Program-made: the position numbers and the translations under genes
Assembly (NCBI GenBank): GCA_051294905.1
Contig: CM119371.1
Location: 7,566,001 to 7,630,000, forward strand
Source: Botryllus schlosseri
Taxonomy: Eukaryota
Reading direction: 5' to 3'
Length of the DNA stretch: 64,000 nucleotides
Notes under the pieces: model-generated
What the model saw: only the letters and a program-made list of their open reading frames with translations
Told to the model about the DNA's origin: nothing
Databases searched by the model: none
Part shown: positions 24,317 through 37,672 of the stretch, piece after piece
Layout: each line of letters starts with the position of its first letter
How positions within the stretch are numbered: position 1 is the first letter of the stretch

Positions 24317-25205
24317 CAGGGGCGGGCAACTTTTCCAGTCCGAGGGTAGGATATGGAAAAATGAAGTACTTGGTGGGCCTGATTCCCGAATCGACACATT
24401 AATCACGCATTTGTCCACCCTTACAAGGAATAAATCGTATTTAATGCAAACCTAAAATTTAAAGAAAACAGACAAAAATCAGTATTTCATGAATTTATTA
24501 ACCTAATGTGTTGCAATAGCTGTTGAAGTCAATGAGACGTCTGTGGTCGATAAAAGTTGTCAACAAGTTTTCTGAACTCTGGCTGCTTGTCAGACTTAGA
24601 AACTAGAGCGGGATGTAGGCCGGAGATGGATTGGATGTCTGGATGGATTTTTCCATTTTAGGCCGGAGCTGGATCGGAGCCGGATTCACATTTTATTCTG
24701 ATGCTGCCAGAATCGGATCGGAGCAGCATCGTCTTTTTTAATATGATCAGAATCGCTATTGATGAGTGTGAGTGTTGAAACTGTCAATTTGCCAACACAA
24801 GCCTGTGTTCAATACAAAACTGAGTTTGTATTGTCACGTACCGTGAAATCCACCGTTTTCGCTGTTCTATATCTATTAGTACTAGAAAGAAGTACTAATT
24901 GATGATCGGAGTTTGACGGACCGGATCGCAATAATTTCAAAAATACGGACGAGGGGCTGGACCGGAGCCGGTCCAGAGAATTCAATAAACAGGATCGGAG
25001 TTGGACCAGGGAATTGTCATATTTGCCCCGCACAAGTAGAAACCTCTAGTTAAGATTGCACGTGAACGTCAGTTAGATTGGAACGCAGCATTGTCTAATT
25101 ACAGTTCATGGTCGAAAAGGTGCGCATGCAAATGTATATAGACCCGTGGCTATAATATCGTGTAAGACCGAAAACTGTCTGCGGACCGTATGTTGCCCGC
25201 CCATG
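24317..25205. mobile_element. hAT (Charlie-like) MITE with a nested GGAGCCGGA-rich MITE (about 24604-25048)
   Basis: Termini CAGGGGCGGGCAAC / GTTGCCCGCCCATG, with the body similar to 50913-51467. The inner part is rich in CCGGAGC/GGATCGGA motifs with TAGAG...CTCTA ends. Confidence 0.6.
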
Positions 25206-25426
25206 ATGTAGTAGCTACTAGCTAGTATCAAAATATTGATCTAAGCGCGGGGTCCCACAATTTTAGCAGCTAATCGAAGGTCGTTACTGTCGAATCCACA
25301 AGATGCATCTTCACGACTAACGCAAAATTTCAAAATACACTACAAAAAAGTGCAATTTACGAAAATACATTCAGCTTCCGTGATACAGGGGCTAGTTCGC
25401 CAAGTTGTTATGACTTTTGAAGGTGG

Positions 25427-26393
25427 CAGAGTTGTAACAAAGTCACAAAGCTCCGAGTAACAAGTCAATCTCACTTCAATTGATTTGAATCGAGTCAAGT
25501 CGGGTCATTTTCAATTCATCACCGAGTCAAGTCCGAGTCCAAGTCATCGAGCAGAGACTCGAGTCCAGGTCATTGTGTTGACTGCTCAGTTTTCTGTTAA
25601 AGTCTTGTTAAACCCACTTCTATAACTCTGTTTCGTGATATCGAATGGTTCGCATTTATAATATGATAATTTTCCTTACGTTTAACAGTTTCTGGTCGCA
25701 TTTTCAAGTACCAATAGGGTAGTCACTTTTCTGTTCTTCAAAATTGCAAAGAAATACCGGTCTTGTCCGTCTGAGTCTCGAGTCAAATAACTTGGTCCGA
25801 GTCAGGGATGTAATGATTCGAATTGACTCGAGTCATTTTCTCAAAATATGGAAATGACTCGACTCGACTCGAGTCAATCTGTGTATTGACTCGATTTGGA
25901 CTCGAGTCATTGCTCATGACTCGAACCAAGTCATATGACTCGAGACTTAGATGGCCAAGACCGACATTTCATTGTAATTCCGAAGAACACTAAAGTAACC
26001 ACATTATTGGGATTTTGTCTAATGGTAGAGGTACTTGAAAATACGACCGCAAACTCCTAAAAGTGAGGAAAATTAGTATTATATAAATTCGATATATTCG
26101 ATATCACCAAAAAGAGTTATAAAAAGTGGGTTTAACAAGACTTAACTGGAAACTGAGCAGTCAGCACAACGACTTGAGCTCGGACTCGAGTCATAACACC
26201 AAGACTTTGACTCGACCCTCTGTTCTCTGACTTGGACTTGACTCGGTGGTAAATTGAAAATGACTCGATTCGACTCGGGTCAAAACTCTAAAAGTGAGAA
26301 TGACTTGTGACTCGGAGCCTTGTGACTTAGTTACAACCCTGGTCCGAGTCATGCGCAAGGACTCGAGTCCAAGTCCAGTCAATACACAGATTA
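25427..26393 (-). mobile_element. GACTCGAG-rich hAT MITE (outer, reverse orientation), interrupted by a copy of its own family
   Basis: 25427-25802 and 26350-26393 are the reverse complement of the family seen at 40595-41120. Confidence 0.8.
25803..26341 (+). mobile_element. GACTCGAG-rich hAT (Ac-like) MITE, complete
   Basis: TIR CAGGGATGTAA / TTACAACCCTG. Perfect TSD GTCCGAGT at 25795-25802 and 26342-26349. Confidence 0.9.
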
Positions 26394-26442
26394 CCGGACA
26401 AAAGGGCTTTGCGAAAACAAAAAGGTTCAGAACTATACTGAT

Positions 26443-28070
26443 CTATATCTTCACAAACGTGGATGCATATATTACAAAACGTCGATCTACTCTTGGTTTC
26501 ACTAAATCCCATTTGTCTTTTGAGATATCATACTTTGCAATGGTGTTACAGGTTTCACCATTTGCTACTGCAAAAACCCAGTGATCCATGCAATGAGCAA
26601 AAACCCAACCATGACACGTATTCATAGAGGACACGGACGTCCACTGAGCTGAAGTAACATCGTAACACTCTACGTTGTTAACTTTTTTAGTTTTCTTCCT
26701 CCATCCACCCATCACGAATATCTTTTGATCAGATGCAACCACACCACTTTCACATACAGTATATCTCAATGGTTGAAGATTAACCCACTCTGATAATGAT
26801 GGAGTGAATCTGCAGAACGAAGAAACCATAGAACCATGTTGTCCTATACCTCCGACACAATAGATGGAATCATTCAATGATACCAGACTTGCAAAACGAA
26901 TCGCTGCGGGTTTGCTTTTCAGCTGATGCCATTGATCTACCGAGGGGTGATATGCTTCAACATCACTTGTTACTTCCGGTTGACTTCCTCCAATTAGAAA
27001 TATTGATCCCGACAAAGAGATTGATCGAGGATAGTTTCCATGATCACAAAGCATATCTCTCATTTTTTCCCATCTTGAATTTTTCATTTTGAAGTTTAGT
27101 CGATAGACTGATTTATTCTGACATAAAACATAAATGTATCGGCCAATAGAAATTGTCCCGAATGGTTTCAAATGCTTGAACTTCTCATCATTGAACTTCT
27201 CTACTTCCTCAATTATTGGATTAAAGGCCGGATACAATCAGTCTCATCATCAAAAAGAATGATCAATTCCTCATTGTACCCTTTTTCTGTTTTCTTTAGT
27301 CCCTCCCTTGCTTTTAGAATATGTCCATTGATAAACTTGTACAGCTCCAAGTTGTTGCTGATAATGGGGTGCGTTTTCAAAAGGTCTAGCAACATTGCAG
27401 TAGAGATCTCGTCGAACTTGATTACTTCAAGACACTCATACAAATGTTCCTGCTTTTTCGGATTTTTCTCAACCCATTTAAGCGATAATTTTAGTTTTTC
27501 TTCTTCCCATAATTTAGATTCTTCAAACTGGATTAAATTGATGAATTCCTGTTTTCCAATGTTTCCGAATTCAGGTTGGTGTGAGATTTCCATGATATTT
27601 TCTTTCAAAAATATGCTGCATTTTGCAGAGACGGCTTCTAGTCCATACATCTTGGTGAGATTTCTTGTGGCAAAGTAATTCTCCACAGTAATTGATTCCT
27701 CCAAGGTACCAGATACTGCCCTTTTCACATCTTCCAGCTGAAGCATGTTTGCAACACGAAGAAGTTCAACGATTTTTTTATGAGCCATCTCAAATTTACC
27801 CGAATATATGAAATCGATGCAGTTTTTCACACACTGGGAATCGACATCTTTCAATACAACTTTTGCTTCACGTCTCATCTTCGTGTCGTTCTTCAAAATA
27901 TCTTTGAAGTATGCCGAACCAGCAGACAATACATTTTTGTGGGTATAATAGACATCATCTCCAACTTGAATTTTGAAATCACAATGATCATTTTCTCGCT
28001 TCATTTGATGTAACTGTTTCATCATCGTCACTGCATGTTTCTCCACATCCGGACATGCGATTTGCACCAT
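26443..28070 (-). pseudogene. BTB-BACK-Kelch (KLHL-like) protein with a single coding exon split by one frameshift (pseudogene or assembly indel)
   Basis: 28070-27213 encodes BTB (CDFKIQV...HKNVLSAGSAYFK...IDFIYSG...ANMLQL) and BACK. 27237-26443 encodes Kelch repeats (IFLIGG, IYCVGG, IFVMGG, VECYD..W). Adding one G at about 27229 (CGG GCC) fuses them as DCIRAFNPII, giving about 542 aa. Splice acceptor tttcag lies 11 nt before the ATG. Confidence 0.88.
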
Positions 28071-29402
28071 GATTACCGGCTCTGAAATATACAGGCTAGA
28101 TAATATAGAGGTGTATTGATTTCTCTACAAACACAAAACGTTATCACTGGTATTCGAATACGCCATACGGACATCTAACTTCATTTATAAGTATCACGAG
28201 AATCATGAGGATAAAATCAGAGCACCATGAAAGAAAAATTAGTCATATTTCACTCATTAAATTTTCTATGCCATGACATAAAATTGGATGTCAAAATTTC
28301 AAAGCTACAACATGATAGTTCCTAAATTGCCTATACAGACACAAAAAAGTAATGTCCAATTGTATTACATGCAGGAAATTTTACATTCAGGCTACTAAAG
28401 AGGATGCATTGGTTGTAAAACAAACAAAAAATAGTCTTCAAATACCATTTTGACACACCTGACAATCTCAGATGACACACAGTAAGAGGATCAAGAAAGC
28501 AAACAATAAATGCCACTTTCTAATAATTTCAGTCTGACACAAATCAAGTTGACAAATATGAGCGGGAACTATTGGTTAATACACAGTAGATCTAAAGAGG
28601 ATCCATTCATTTGGTCTATTACATGGAAACAAAATCAAATGCAAATTCATGGAGACCGAATACTAATGCAATAGTTCCGTTATGTATTGTCCTACATCCT
28701 TAAATTACTTACTGAAGTACTTTTCTAAGCTCGCGTTTTTGCCCTACATCACACTGGTTCAATCTTTGGCCAATTTATAAGACACGTCAAAATACCTGAA
28801 GTGACAGCTAAAAACGTGAGTTACGTGTGTGATGATATACTATAATGTTTTATGCATCACAGTGAATCAAGCCTTGATATTATATAAAACATTATAGCAT
28901 ATAATCACACATGTAATAAATAGGTGTGCAAGGTAGCCGATCGCGCGTCAAACTATGCTATCAAAGTCAAGTTCACCAACATAATAAAACGACATAATCC
29001 GCCACGCCTGGATACCAGTATCAGTTTCACGTAACATAAGAATCTGATGGAGGTTCAAAACTAAATGCCATGGTTGGGATACTGGTGTTATATAAATCAA
29101 TAAGTGTGTGGATTTGAATTAGAGAGATTCTATTTATCATCAATATTGATATTATGAAAAACAAGAGACTTTTGACATGAATAAGACCATATAGGAACCA
29201 ATATTAGATTTCATACTTGGGAAATTTTGAATAGTGGCGTAAAGTGATATCCATACATAGCCAATAGGCATTAAGCAGTTGTCAATTAAATTGTTTAAGT
29301 ACTACCTATTCATTGCAATACCATTGCTGTTAAATTAAGTACAGTATAAAGACTTGCTGACAGTGCTATAATACTGTACAATGTGCAGTGTACAGTGTAC
29401 AT

Positions 29403-30021
29403 TAGGGCGGTTCAAAAATAACCTTTTTTCCTGAATCTTGCTGGCTACTTGATTAAATCGTTAGGTTGCCTTAAAAAACGACGCACACCAAATTTGAATT
29501 CATTCCAACCAATATTCGCGGATTTCGTAGAGTTTGAAAATTTTGAATTTGCCTAAAAATGCAAAAAATTTTTTTCTTCAAATTTTCCTTCCAACCTTAT
29601 GAAATTGTTGCGCTGTCTTTAAAGACGATGGAAAACAAATTTGACTCAATTCGAAGCAGTAGAAGTGTAGTTATTTCAGATTTTCTTTGATAATTCTGGG
29701 ATTATCCTTGATTGGTGGATCATCCCAGAATTATCATCAAAAAACTTGAATAACTCCGCTTCTGCAGCTTGGAATTGAGTCAAATTTGTTTTCCATCCTC
29801 TCTGAAGACAGCGCAACAATTTCATAAGGTTGGAAGGAAAATTTGAAAAAAATTTTTTTTTGCATTTTTAGGCAAATTCAAAATTTTCAAACTCTACGAA
29901 ATCCGCGAATATTGGTTGGAATGAATTCAAATTTGGTGTGCGTCGTTTTTTAAGGCAACCTAACGATTTAATCAAGTAACCAGCAAGATTCAGGAAAAAA
30001 GGTTATTTTTGAACCGCCCTA
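29403..30021. mobile_element. Foldback (almost fully palindromic) hAT-type MITE
   Basis: TAGGGCGGTTCAAAAA...TTTTTGAACCGCCCTA with about 300-bp inverted arms around a short loop near 29710. Perfect TSD GTGTACAT at 29395-29402 and 30022-30029. Confidence 0.92.
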
Positions 30022-31102
30022 GTGTACATTCAAGCAAGTTGAGAAAATTCTGGTTTGCTATATGATGTCAATTCATGGCTGGAATTTGGTAGATTAGGTC
30101 AGTGGCTCTGAACGTTTTGGAAAGCAGCGAAGCGCATAATCACCATACAATTACGTGCATTCATCGAACCATTCTCGGTTGGCAAACTCAATTATACTCA
30201 TTTCAGTAATCTTATAGCTTACCAAGTTTTTCTAGTTAGATTACGATGCACTGGGGCGGGTTCAAATTGCTAAGTCCGATATCTTTTTAAAAATTAAATC
30301 TGCTATTTCAGGGAGCGTTGTGATCTCGTAGTTTTGCCGAGGCAGGGCTAAAATCGCTGAACTTGACATTGCATATCATGCAGCTAGAAAGCTGACTCAA
30401 ATCCCGCCCTGTTACGCACACGCCAATCCATATTCTATTCTTCCAACCACTTTCCTGGTTCGACATAGTTAGTGTGAAGAGATCAATATATTAGGGAAAA
30501 AATCACACAACGTATACCATTGCGACAGTAACACCTCCACTAGCCTACTGAACGCGCCTAAAAGATAATTTGGCACTATTTCAGTAAGTTTGCCATTATT
30601 GTACGCTTGCTTGTAGAGCCTTCTTGCAGCGGAGTTGGCATCCCTGGCCGATATCACAGAATAATTATGTTAGTAATAATTATTCGAGTATGTGTATTGC
30701 GTAAGTGATGGCTTTGACAAGAACATGGAGACCGCACATTGCAATTAAAATATATGTTGATTTGTTTATTGAATAAATACCAAGTTAATCGAACGTATGA
30801 ACCCTAAGCATATGTTTAAATAACTGACAACAAATACTTGGGGTGTGTTGGTTTGTATAGCAATGCATTCTTGTTTTCAACGGGCACCGTACGATCCAGT
30901 CGGCTAACATATCTTGGTACAGTGAAGCATCTTTTGGAATGCTAGCAAGCATCTTTAATCACATTCTGAATAGTTCTGAATAGTGCACATGACCAGCCGA
31001 ACACTAGAAATTATTGTACAGAATCCAACAACTTATCTGAGCGGACAGGGTTTTGGTGCACTAAAGCTGACATCAAAATGAGGAAGGGCGCTGCCATCTA
31101 GA

Positions 31103-33963
31103 TAGAGGTCGACCGATTTATCGACCTGGCCGATTACCGAGGCCGATATTTGGTAACATCCCGATTAGCGAGATCGGCATATAAAGGTGGATATCGCGGC
31201 CGATATCTTATATCCAAAAAATTCATAAATATTGGAAATTCAATGCCCCGTGTTCTTAATCTCAAGAAATCGGCGACGTAAAGTGCGTTTCGTGACATAT
31301 TTACCTTTGGAGGTAGAGTCTAACTGGTTGTTCATACAGGGAAACTATGCTTCCTGCATAGGCGCCAGCTTTTATTTTTTACGAGGTGGCGAAGTCTTGT
31401 GGCGTCATAATTGTTCCATATCGATGACGTCATGTAGGTGGTGCGCGTGCAGCGTGTGACATTTTGATACTGGCCTTGCACTCATTATTATCAAACCATG
31501 CATTCGAGATATTAAATGGAATCTTAAAACGGTACGAAGTGCCTGCGCTACCAGTCCGTCCGACGGAATCTGCAGTTGCATCGATGTTATTCCCGCGCAA
31601 TGCCCAGTGTGACTAACTCACTGTCCTTGCAAGTAATACACGACAACTCTCGAATACTTCAAGCAGACAATAATGATGATTACAAACGCATAATTGCGCA
31701 GCCAATCAGTCATTGTTTGTCTCTTACGGTTTCTTGCTTCGCGTTGACCAAGACCAACTCGCATCGCGGCAATTGTTTGATGATTAGAGCATCGGTGCAT
31801 TTCCCGATTCAAGGTCGCGAAGCATTTCGGGAGTACGTCAGTCAATTCGTAAATTCAATCGTCATGTCGACGGCCACCAAGGCATACTAATTGAATTACG
31901 TGTTGATGGCCGCACAAATTTCGTTCTACGGCCACGGGTTGGCCACCCTTGGGCAAGAATTAATTCCACTTTCGGACGCATGCCACGATCTTACCAATAG
32001 AAATCCACTGTCTATCTAATGCCTAATAGTTTAATATTCGATAATGTTATTTTCGATACGAGTACATCCAGCAATCATCAAGTTTATTGGAATGTAGAAG
32101 GTTCCCTGATTAAACGAATCGAATAAAAGCAGAATTTGTTCCACCCATAAACTTGTGATGCATCACGTTAATAATGAAAGGAAGACTGAAAATGACTTTG
32201 TGCGACTTTGTGTGGCTTTCGTCGTGAAAATTGTTTTCTCATTGTATCGGTGTTTAAGCTGTATTGCTGCATCTCCCGTTTAATGTCGCGGGCAAGGCGA
32301 ATCTGCAAAGAAATCAATTACAATTTGCAGGCACACACCAACACAACCTCAATTTTGCGCTACGATTACCTATCACGAAGCTAGCTAGCTCGTGAATGGT
32401 TTTGTAAACGAATATGGGTGCACATAATTTAGATTTCAGAAAAGCAGAACGCATATTTGGGCACTTGGTCGGCAGAGGAGATCTAGGAAGGTGCTTCTCA
32501 GCACACGCTCGGCGCGTAGCCAGTCGAAAAATTAGGGGGGTTTGGATTTTTTTTTCAAATTTACCAATATAGCATCAATTTAATTAGGGGTCAAGTACAT
32601 GCGTAAATGACGATCATATAATCTCTTCGTAACGACGATTTTTGGCGTATGATAAGCTTGCCAGAGTCCGGGAGTGCTGTCAATTAGCGAGTCAGTGATC
32701 TCCGGTGAGCAATTAACCACGCGCGAGTATTACGCAGTCTCGGCTACAGTTTTCGCAAATCAAAATGTCCGAACTTGATTCCACCGATTTCAAACCTTTG
32801 TCGTATTTCAGAACTCGAGACATGATACACATCTTCTGGTCGTTACGTTCAAGTATTAGCGGGATTCAATTTCGCACGTTAAAGTCTGTTTGCAGCGATA
32901 TGATGTTATTCAGTTTCGCGGTTTCGCTTTTCAATCAATATGACATAAAACAATAACTAATTAGCGCAAATTCGACCGCATTGGCTCGAAACCAGCGAGA
33001 GACTGGAACCAAAGCATGCTAGGACCGAGACGCGATAGTTAGCAATGATATCTTTCACTTCAGGCCTATTGCAGATGATATTGTGTAGGTCAGCGATGAT
33101 ATCGTGCACACCAGGCCGAAGCCGCCAATACAGATTCGATAGCGCAGTTGAGCGACGATGTAGTGTAAAGTGGGCCCATTGCAGATGCGATTGTTCAAGC
33201 CTGCGGAACCAGGCTTGATCGAGACGCGATAAATCAGGCTAGCGACGAGCACCCCGCGCACGGAAATGAATGACCTAATTTCGCGACCATCTCAGCGGGA
33301 GATAATCACAGATTCTTCGCGCTAATTGACAACACGTTTCTCGCAAAACCGCCGCGCGGAACACTGATTACACAATTATTGAATTGCAACTGTTGCAATT
33401 GCAAGAGTTAGAATGATCATTTCAAAATGAAGGGGTTTCGCGTTTCAAGTAGGGAAGTTCGACCCCCGAAAACCCGTGGCTACGAGCCTGGCACACGCGA
33501 GTATCGAAATCGAAGATGTCTCTAACGAAGTGGCATCTATTCGCCTGATTACTAATTACTGGTCACAAGTCACTTGGGCGTTTGAGTATTTTGTACGAGG
33601 TGGCCGCCACCTCGTAAATATGGTCACGAGGTGGCTGCGCCACCTCGTAACCTCGTAAGTCGGCGTCTATGGCTTCCTGTATTACAATTTACCTCTACTG
33701 GACTGATAGGCAATTTTGTATCACGTCATGCTTTTTCGTTTATCCCAAATTTCAATGAATGTGGACAATTAGGCAATAATTCTTTTCAATTTCAGTTTTC
33801 TCGTTTTTGGTTCTGGTTTCTCTGGCATTTGCAAGTGCCATCTTGCCTAATATATAATATTTTTGGGGAAATGGTGCTCCTTCCATATCAATATCGGCCC
33901 TGGGAAGGTGTCGGTAATCGATGCCGGTATCGGCCTGCAAAAATCAATATTGTTCGACCTCTA
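31103..33963. mobile_element. hAT (Ac-like) non-autonomous element containing nested inserts
   Basis: Termini TAGAGGTCGACCGAT / ATTGTTCGACCTCTA with CCGAT/ATCGG subterminal motifs. No TSD visible. Confidence 0.6.
32509..33490. mobile_element. hAT (Tip100-like) non-autonomous element
   Basis: Termini GGCGCGTAGCC / GGCTACGAGCCTG. Perfect TSD GCACACGC at 32501-32508 and 33491-33498. Confidence 0.85.
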
Positions 33964-35467
33964 CTCTTTGTTGAGACACTTGATGAACTAAATGCGAGGA
34001 GCCTTGGAGCAAGAAGTTTTGCCTGACTTGTCAAAAATTTCCAGAAATATTCAGCAGCAACCCTGTCGTCGACAAACCGCTAGCGGCTAGCCTATAATTG
34101 TTGGGCAGTCGAATACAAAAGTGATAAGTTCCGTCATTTTCTTTTTGTGTGATAAATCTCGGCTGGTTGATGCGGATTAGATTGTTTCCTCTTAAAAATT
34201 GCGAATAAGTTTCAAAAAGGGCGAAAAACACTGATATAGTACAACGGTTCTCCAATATTTAGATAGCGATCTAAATTTGAGCCTCGCAACCGAAACCTCA
34301 CACACCAAAAGATATACTTTTCAACGTACTACCTTGTTACGGGTATTGATGACATATATACCGACCGTGCAAACTACGGTTGTATGCAAGACAGATGTAT
34401 GAGACAAGTCTGGCGCACGCGGTCAACTTGGGTGCAATATTTCCATTTGGGGTCGCATTTGTACTAGGCCGACTGTCCACTCCGATCACAAGGACAAAAT
34501 TAGTCGGTGCCCACCATCACGACGATGGGACATTTCAATGTCGAAGGTTTTGGTCAACGAGCGACGGTCAATTTTCGTCGACGCTGATGTTTTTGGCACC
34601 ACACTATGCCCAGCTCTATCCTGGCCAAATCTTCATGCTTTCATGTGTGCCTGCGCGCAACAGGATTACAAATTGTCTCTAATATTGGTAATTGCATATA
34701 TTACTTTCAATCTTTTATGCTATTTCACAGCCCTCGTGATAAGATTTACCGGTAGAGCTGATGGAGGAATTGACTTCGAAAATTGAGGACAAGAAATTAT
34801 ATATTTTATATATTTAGAGTTGACCAGTTATGTTACTTTCTTTCATGTCGTTGCTTCTATATAAAGAAAAAGATATTGAAATCGCCCAGCCGTAACAGAA
34901 TAAACTGAAATTGAAACTTATTCTTTCGCGAGACACACGCGATTCCAAATTGGCATTTGTTCATAAGGCGTTTCATTTTCCTCTGCGGTACTCGGATCGC
35001 ATATGTAATACGGGCCTAAAATAGAGAGTAAAATACTACTCCAAGCCGGCCATTTAGACGCCAATCGGGCAATCGGACATAAATATCGACGGTTTTGACA
35101 AACATTCGGCGGCCATTTTCGGCCAAGGTTTTATTTGGAATCACATAAGGAAGCGGTATGGCTGGTGTCGAAATTACAATTTTTGTAAATGATGCGCAGT
35201 TTTTTGGGGCGGCAAGGGAACCGCTCATATATCATTTTTACATCGCGTCAGGCACGAATAAAATTTGGAAGTCGTGTAACTCTTCTTCAATATGCTCTAC
35301 ATTAGGGGTCGATTTGCGAATTAATTTTTCGCCCACTTCGAGCTCACCCCTCAAATGGGGGTTTGGGGAGCTACAGTTACGGTCCTGACATAAGCATTTT
35401 CACGAGTCTAACGTTTTGGTTACAGTCCCCAGCACAGTTACATCAGATATGCACAAAATATCTACAT

Positions 35468-36639
35468 CAGGGGTGGGCAAACTTTTAAGCTCATGGGCCG
35501 CATTCAATATCTGAATCCATTCGTGGGCCGCACTATATAAAATTGGGATTACAAACCAAAACGAATTATTCGTATTTGATTATATAGTGAGGACATGGAG
35601 ATAATATACATGCTATTTGAAACAAACCAAACATTGCTTTGATGATATCGTACACGCGCCAGAAGCAGTGGCGAGATTTCATAGCCTGGTCAACCTCGAT
35701 AACCAATTGGTCAAAACTATGAGATGAAAGTCGGTAGTCGCGATTCATAGTACGTTTCATAGTGAAATTTAAATCTGTGAGCAGCGATCTGTTCATAGAT
35801 TTACTAATTCCACTTTTGGTTCAGTTCCAAGACACACAATGCTGACAGCATCATAACCATATTAGATTCATACATGCTGCTTCTACTATGCACAATAGAT
35901 AAAATACAAATACCCTTATCCTATGCATTCAGACAACAAATCTACCTAAGACACACCCGAATCGTTTTTTTTATAAGAACATCAATGAAATATTTAAAAC
36001 TGGAGAGGCGAATCTGAAATCACACTCGTGATCTGAATTATGTCAATCCAGTTTAGGAATTCTGTGATGTTTAGTAGTTGAAACTTATGAAACTGCGCGG
36101 GCATTGAGATCGGGCTGTCATGCCAGAAATTAAACATAGAAAATAATATAGGAAGTATTTACCTTAGAACAGCGTTTCTCAAACTTTCTAATACACACCC
36201 TCACCCCTTATGGTGGTCAAAGATTTCGCGCGTCCCTTATGGTCATATCACAAACCGCAACCAGGATGCTAACAAACCTAACTGATAGTTTGATGAAATG
36301 GAACATTACGATTGTGGATGAGAGATTTTTAAATATAAAATTCAGACTACATATGGAGCAATAATGGTGAATTGGATGTAATTATGAACATTTTCAGTTG
36401 AGCTCAACGTCGCGCCCCCTTGCAGATGTTTTCACGCCCCTGAGAGGGCGCGTCACTGCATTAAAATTATCATGGTGAAATATACTAAGAAAAAGTTTGA
36501 TAAATTCCTTGCAATAATTCGATTTTTAGTACGTCCTTTATCAATATTTCTAATAAGTTTGTTTAGAGTCTTGCGGGCCACACACAGAACGGTGTTGCGG
36601 GCCACATGCGGCCCGCGGGCCGTAGTTTGCCCACTCCTG
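35468..36639. mobile_element. hAT (Charlie-like) non-autonomous element
   Basis: TIR CAGGGGTGGGCAAAC / GTTTGCCCACTCCTG with GGGCC(G/A)CA subterminal motifs. TSD ATCTACAT vs ATCTACTG. Confidence 0.8.
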
Positions 36640-37672
36640 ATCTACTGGAACCGAATACTGGTTTAACTTCATGCATTCAATGGCCTCGGCTCTCATAGGG
36701 TGATGAACCTGATCGCTGGGGGACGAATCCTCTAGACCTGTCTTAATTCCACGGGTATTTTCATCACTACCCTTTATCCATTCGATTCACAAACGGTGTT
36801 ACGCGATTCACGTACAAACCGCAATTGCTATCATCAAACGCATTACTTAGCTATCTGTTGCTCTCTGTTTAGTACGCACCAACCAGCGTTATGGAAAAAT
36901 CAGTGTGCCACTATTTACTAGATATGTTTGAAGAGTTACGAAAACATTTTTTTATTTTGTTCATTCGAGTTGTTATTTCGTGGACTCGAGTAATGATTGC
37001 TGCTACTTGAATGATGTTGAAATCGCTCACACGTACCGAACCCGAATAATGGAATATTTTCGATTAGCATTGCGGCTCCTGCAGCATGAATTTCCTCAGA
37101 GGATTGCATATGAATTCTTCGCATGGCTTGGATTGCGATAACTTGGTTATTCGTTGCCGGCTATTTCGGTGCCCCGACATATTAGTGTATTATTATCGAA
37201 GATAGAAATTGAAGTGCTATTTTTCCAAAACAATCAAATTTATGTTAATTTTATATATAATTTTGGCCCCCGCTCGAGTTTTTATTTTAAAAATAAGTTG
37301 CCTGATTTTTTTTATATACAAAAATACGTTTTCTCGGGATCGTAGGAATCATTGAACGTACTTTGCGATCCTAAAAATATATCGCAGACCTCATTTTGAA
37401 AACCACCACTCTCTCTGAATTTTCAAACTGCAAGCGGCGAAAGCGTGCACGAAAATGCTAGCAACTCTCACAATACATGAATATGAACTTGAACATATTT
37501 CAAATATGATCAACGTGTAATGTCATTTAGCGCGCGTGCCTTGTGCACGTCCATTTGTTGTAGTTGAATATTGAAGATAGCCAAGAAAAGGACAGAATAG
37601 CATCGCAACATCACAGCGACAGTGCTGTAACTGCAATTAGTTCACACCAAATTCAAAGCATGACATCAGCGA

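Noticed and set aside
27172..27678. 168-aa plus-strand ORF
   Set aside because: Antisense shadow of the BTB/BACK coding region.
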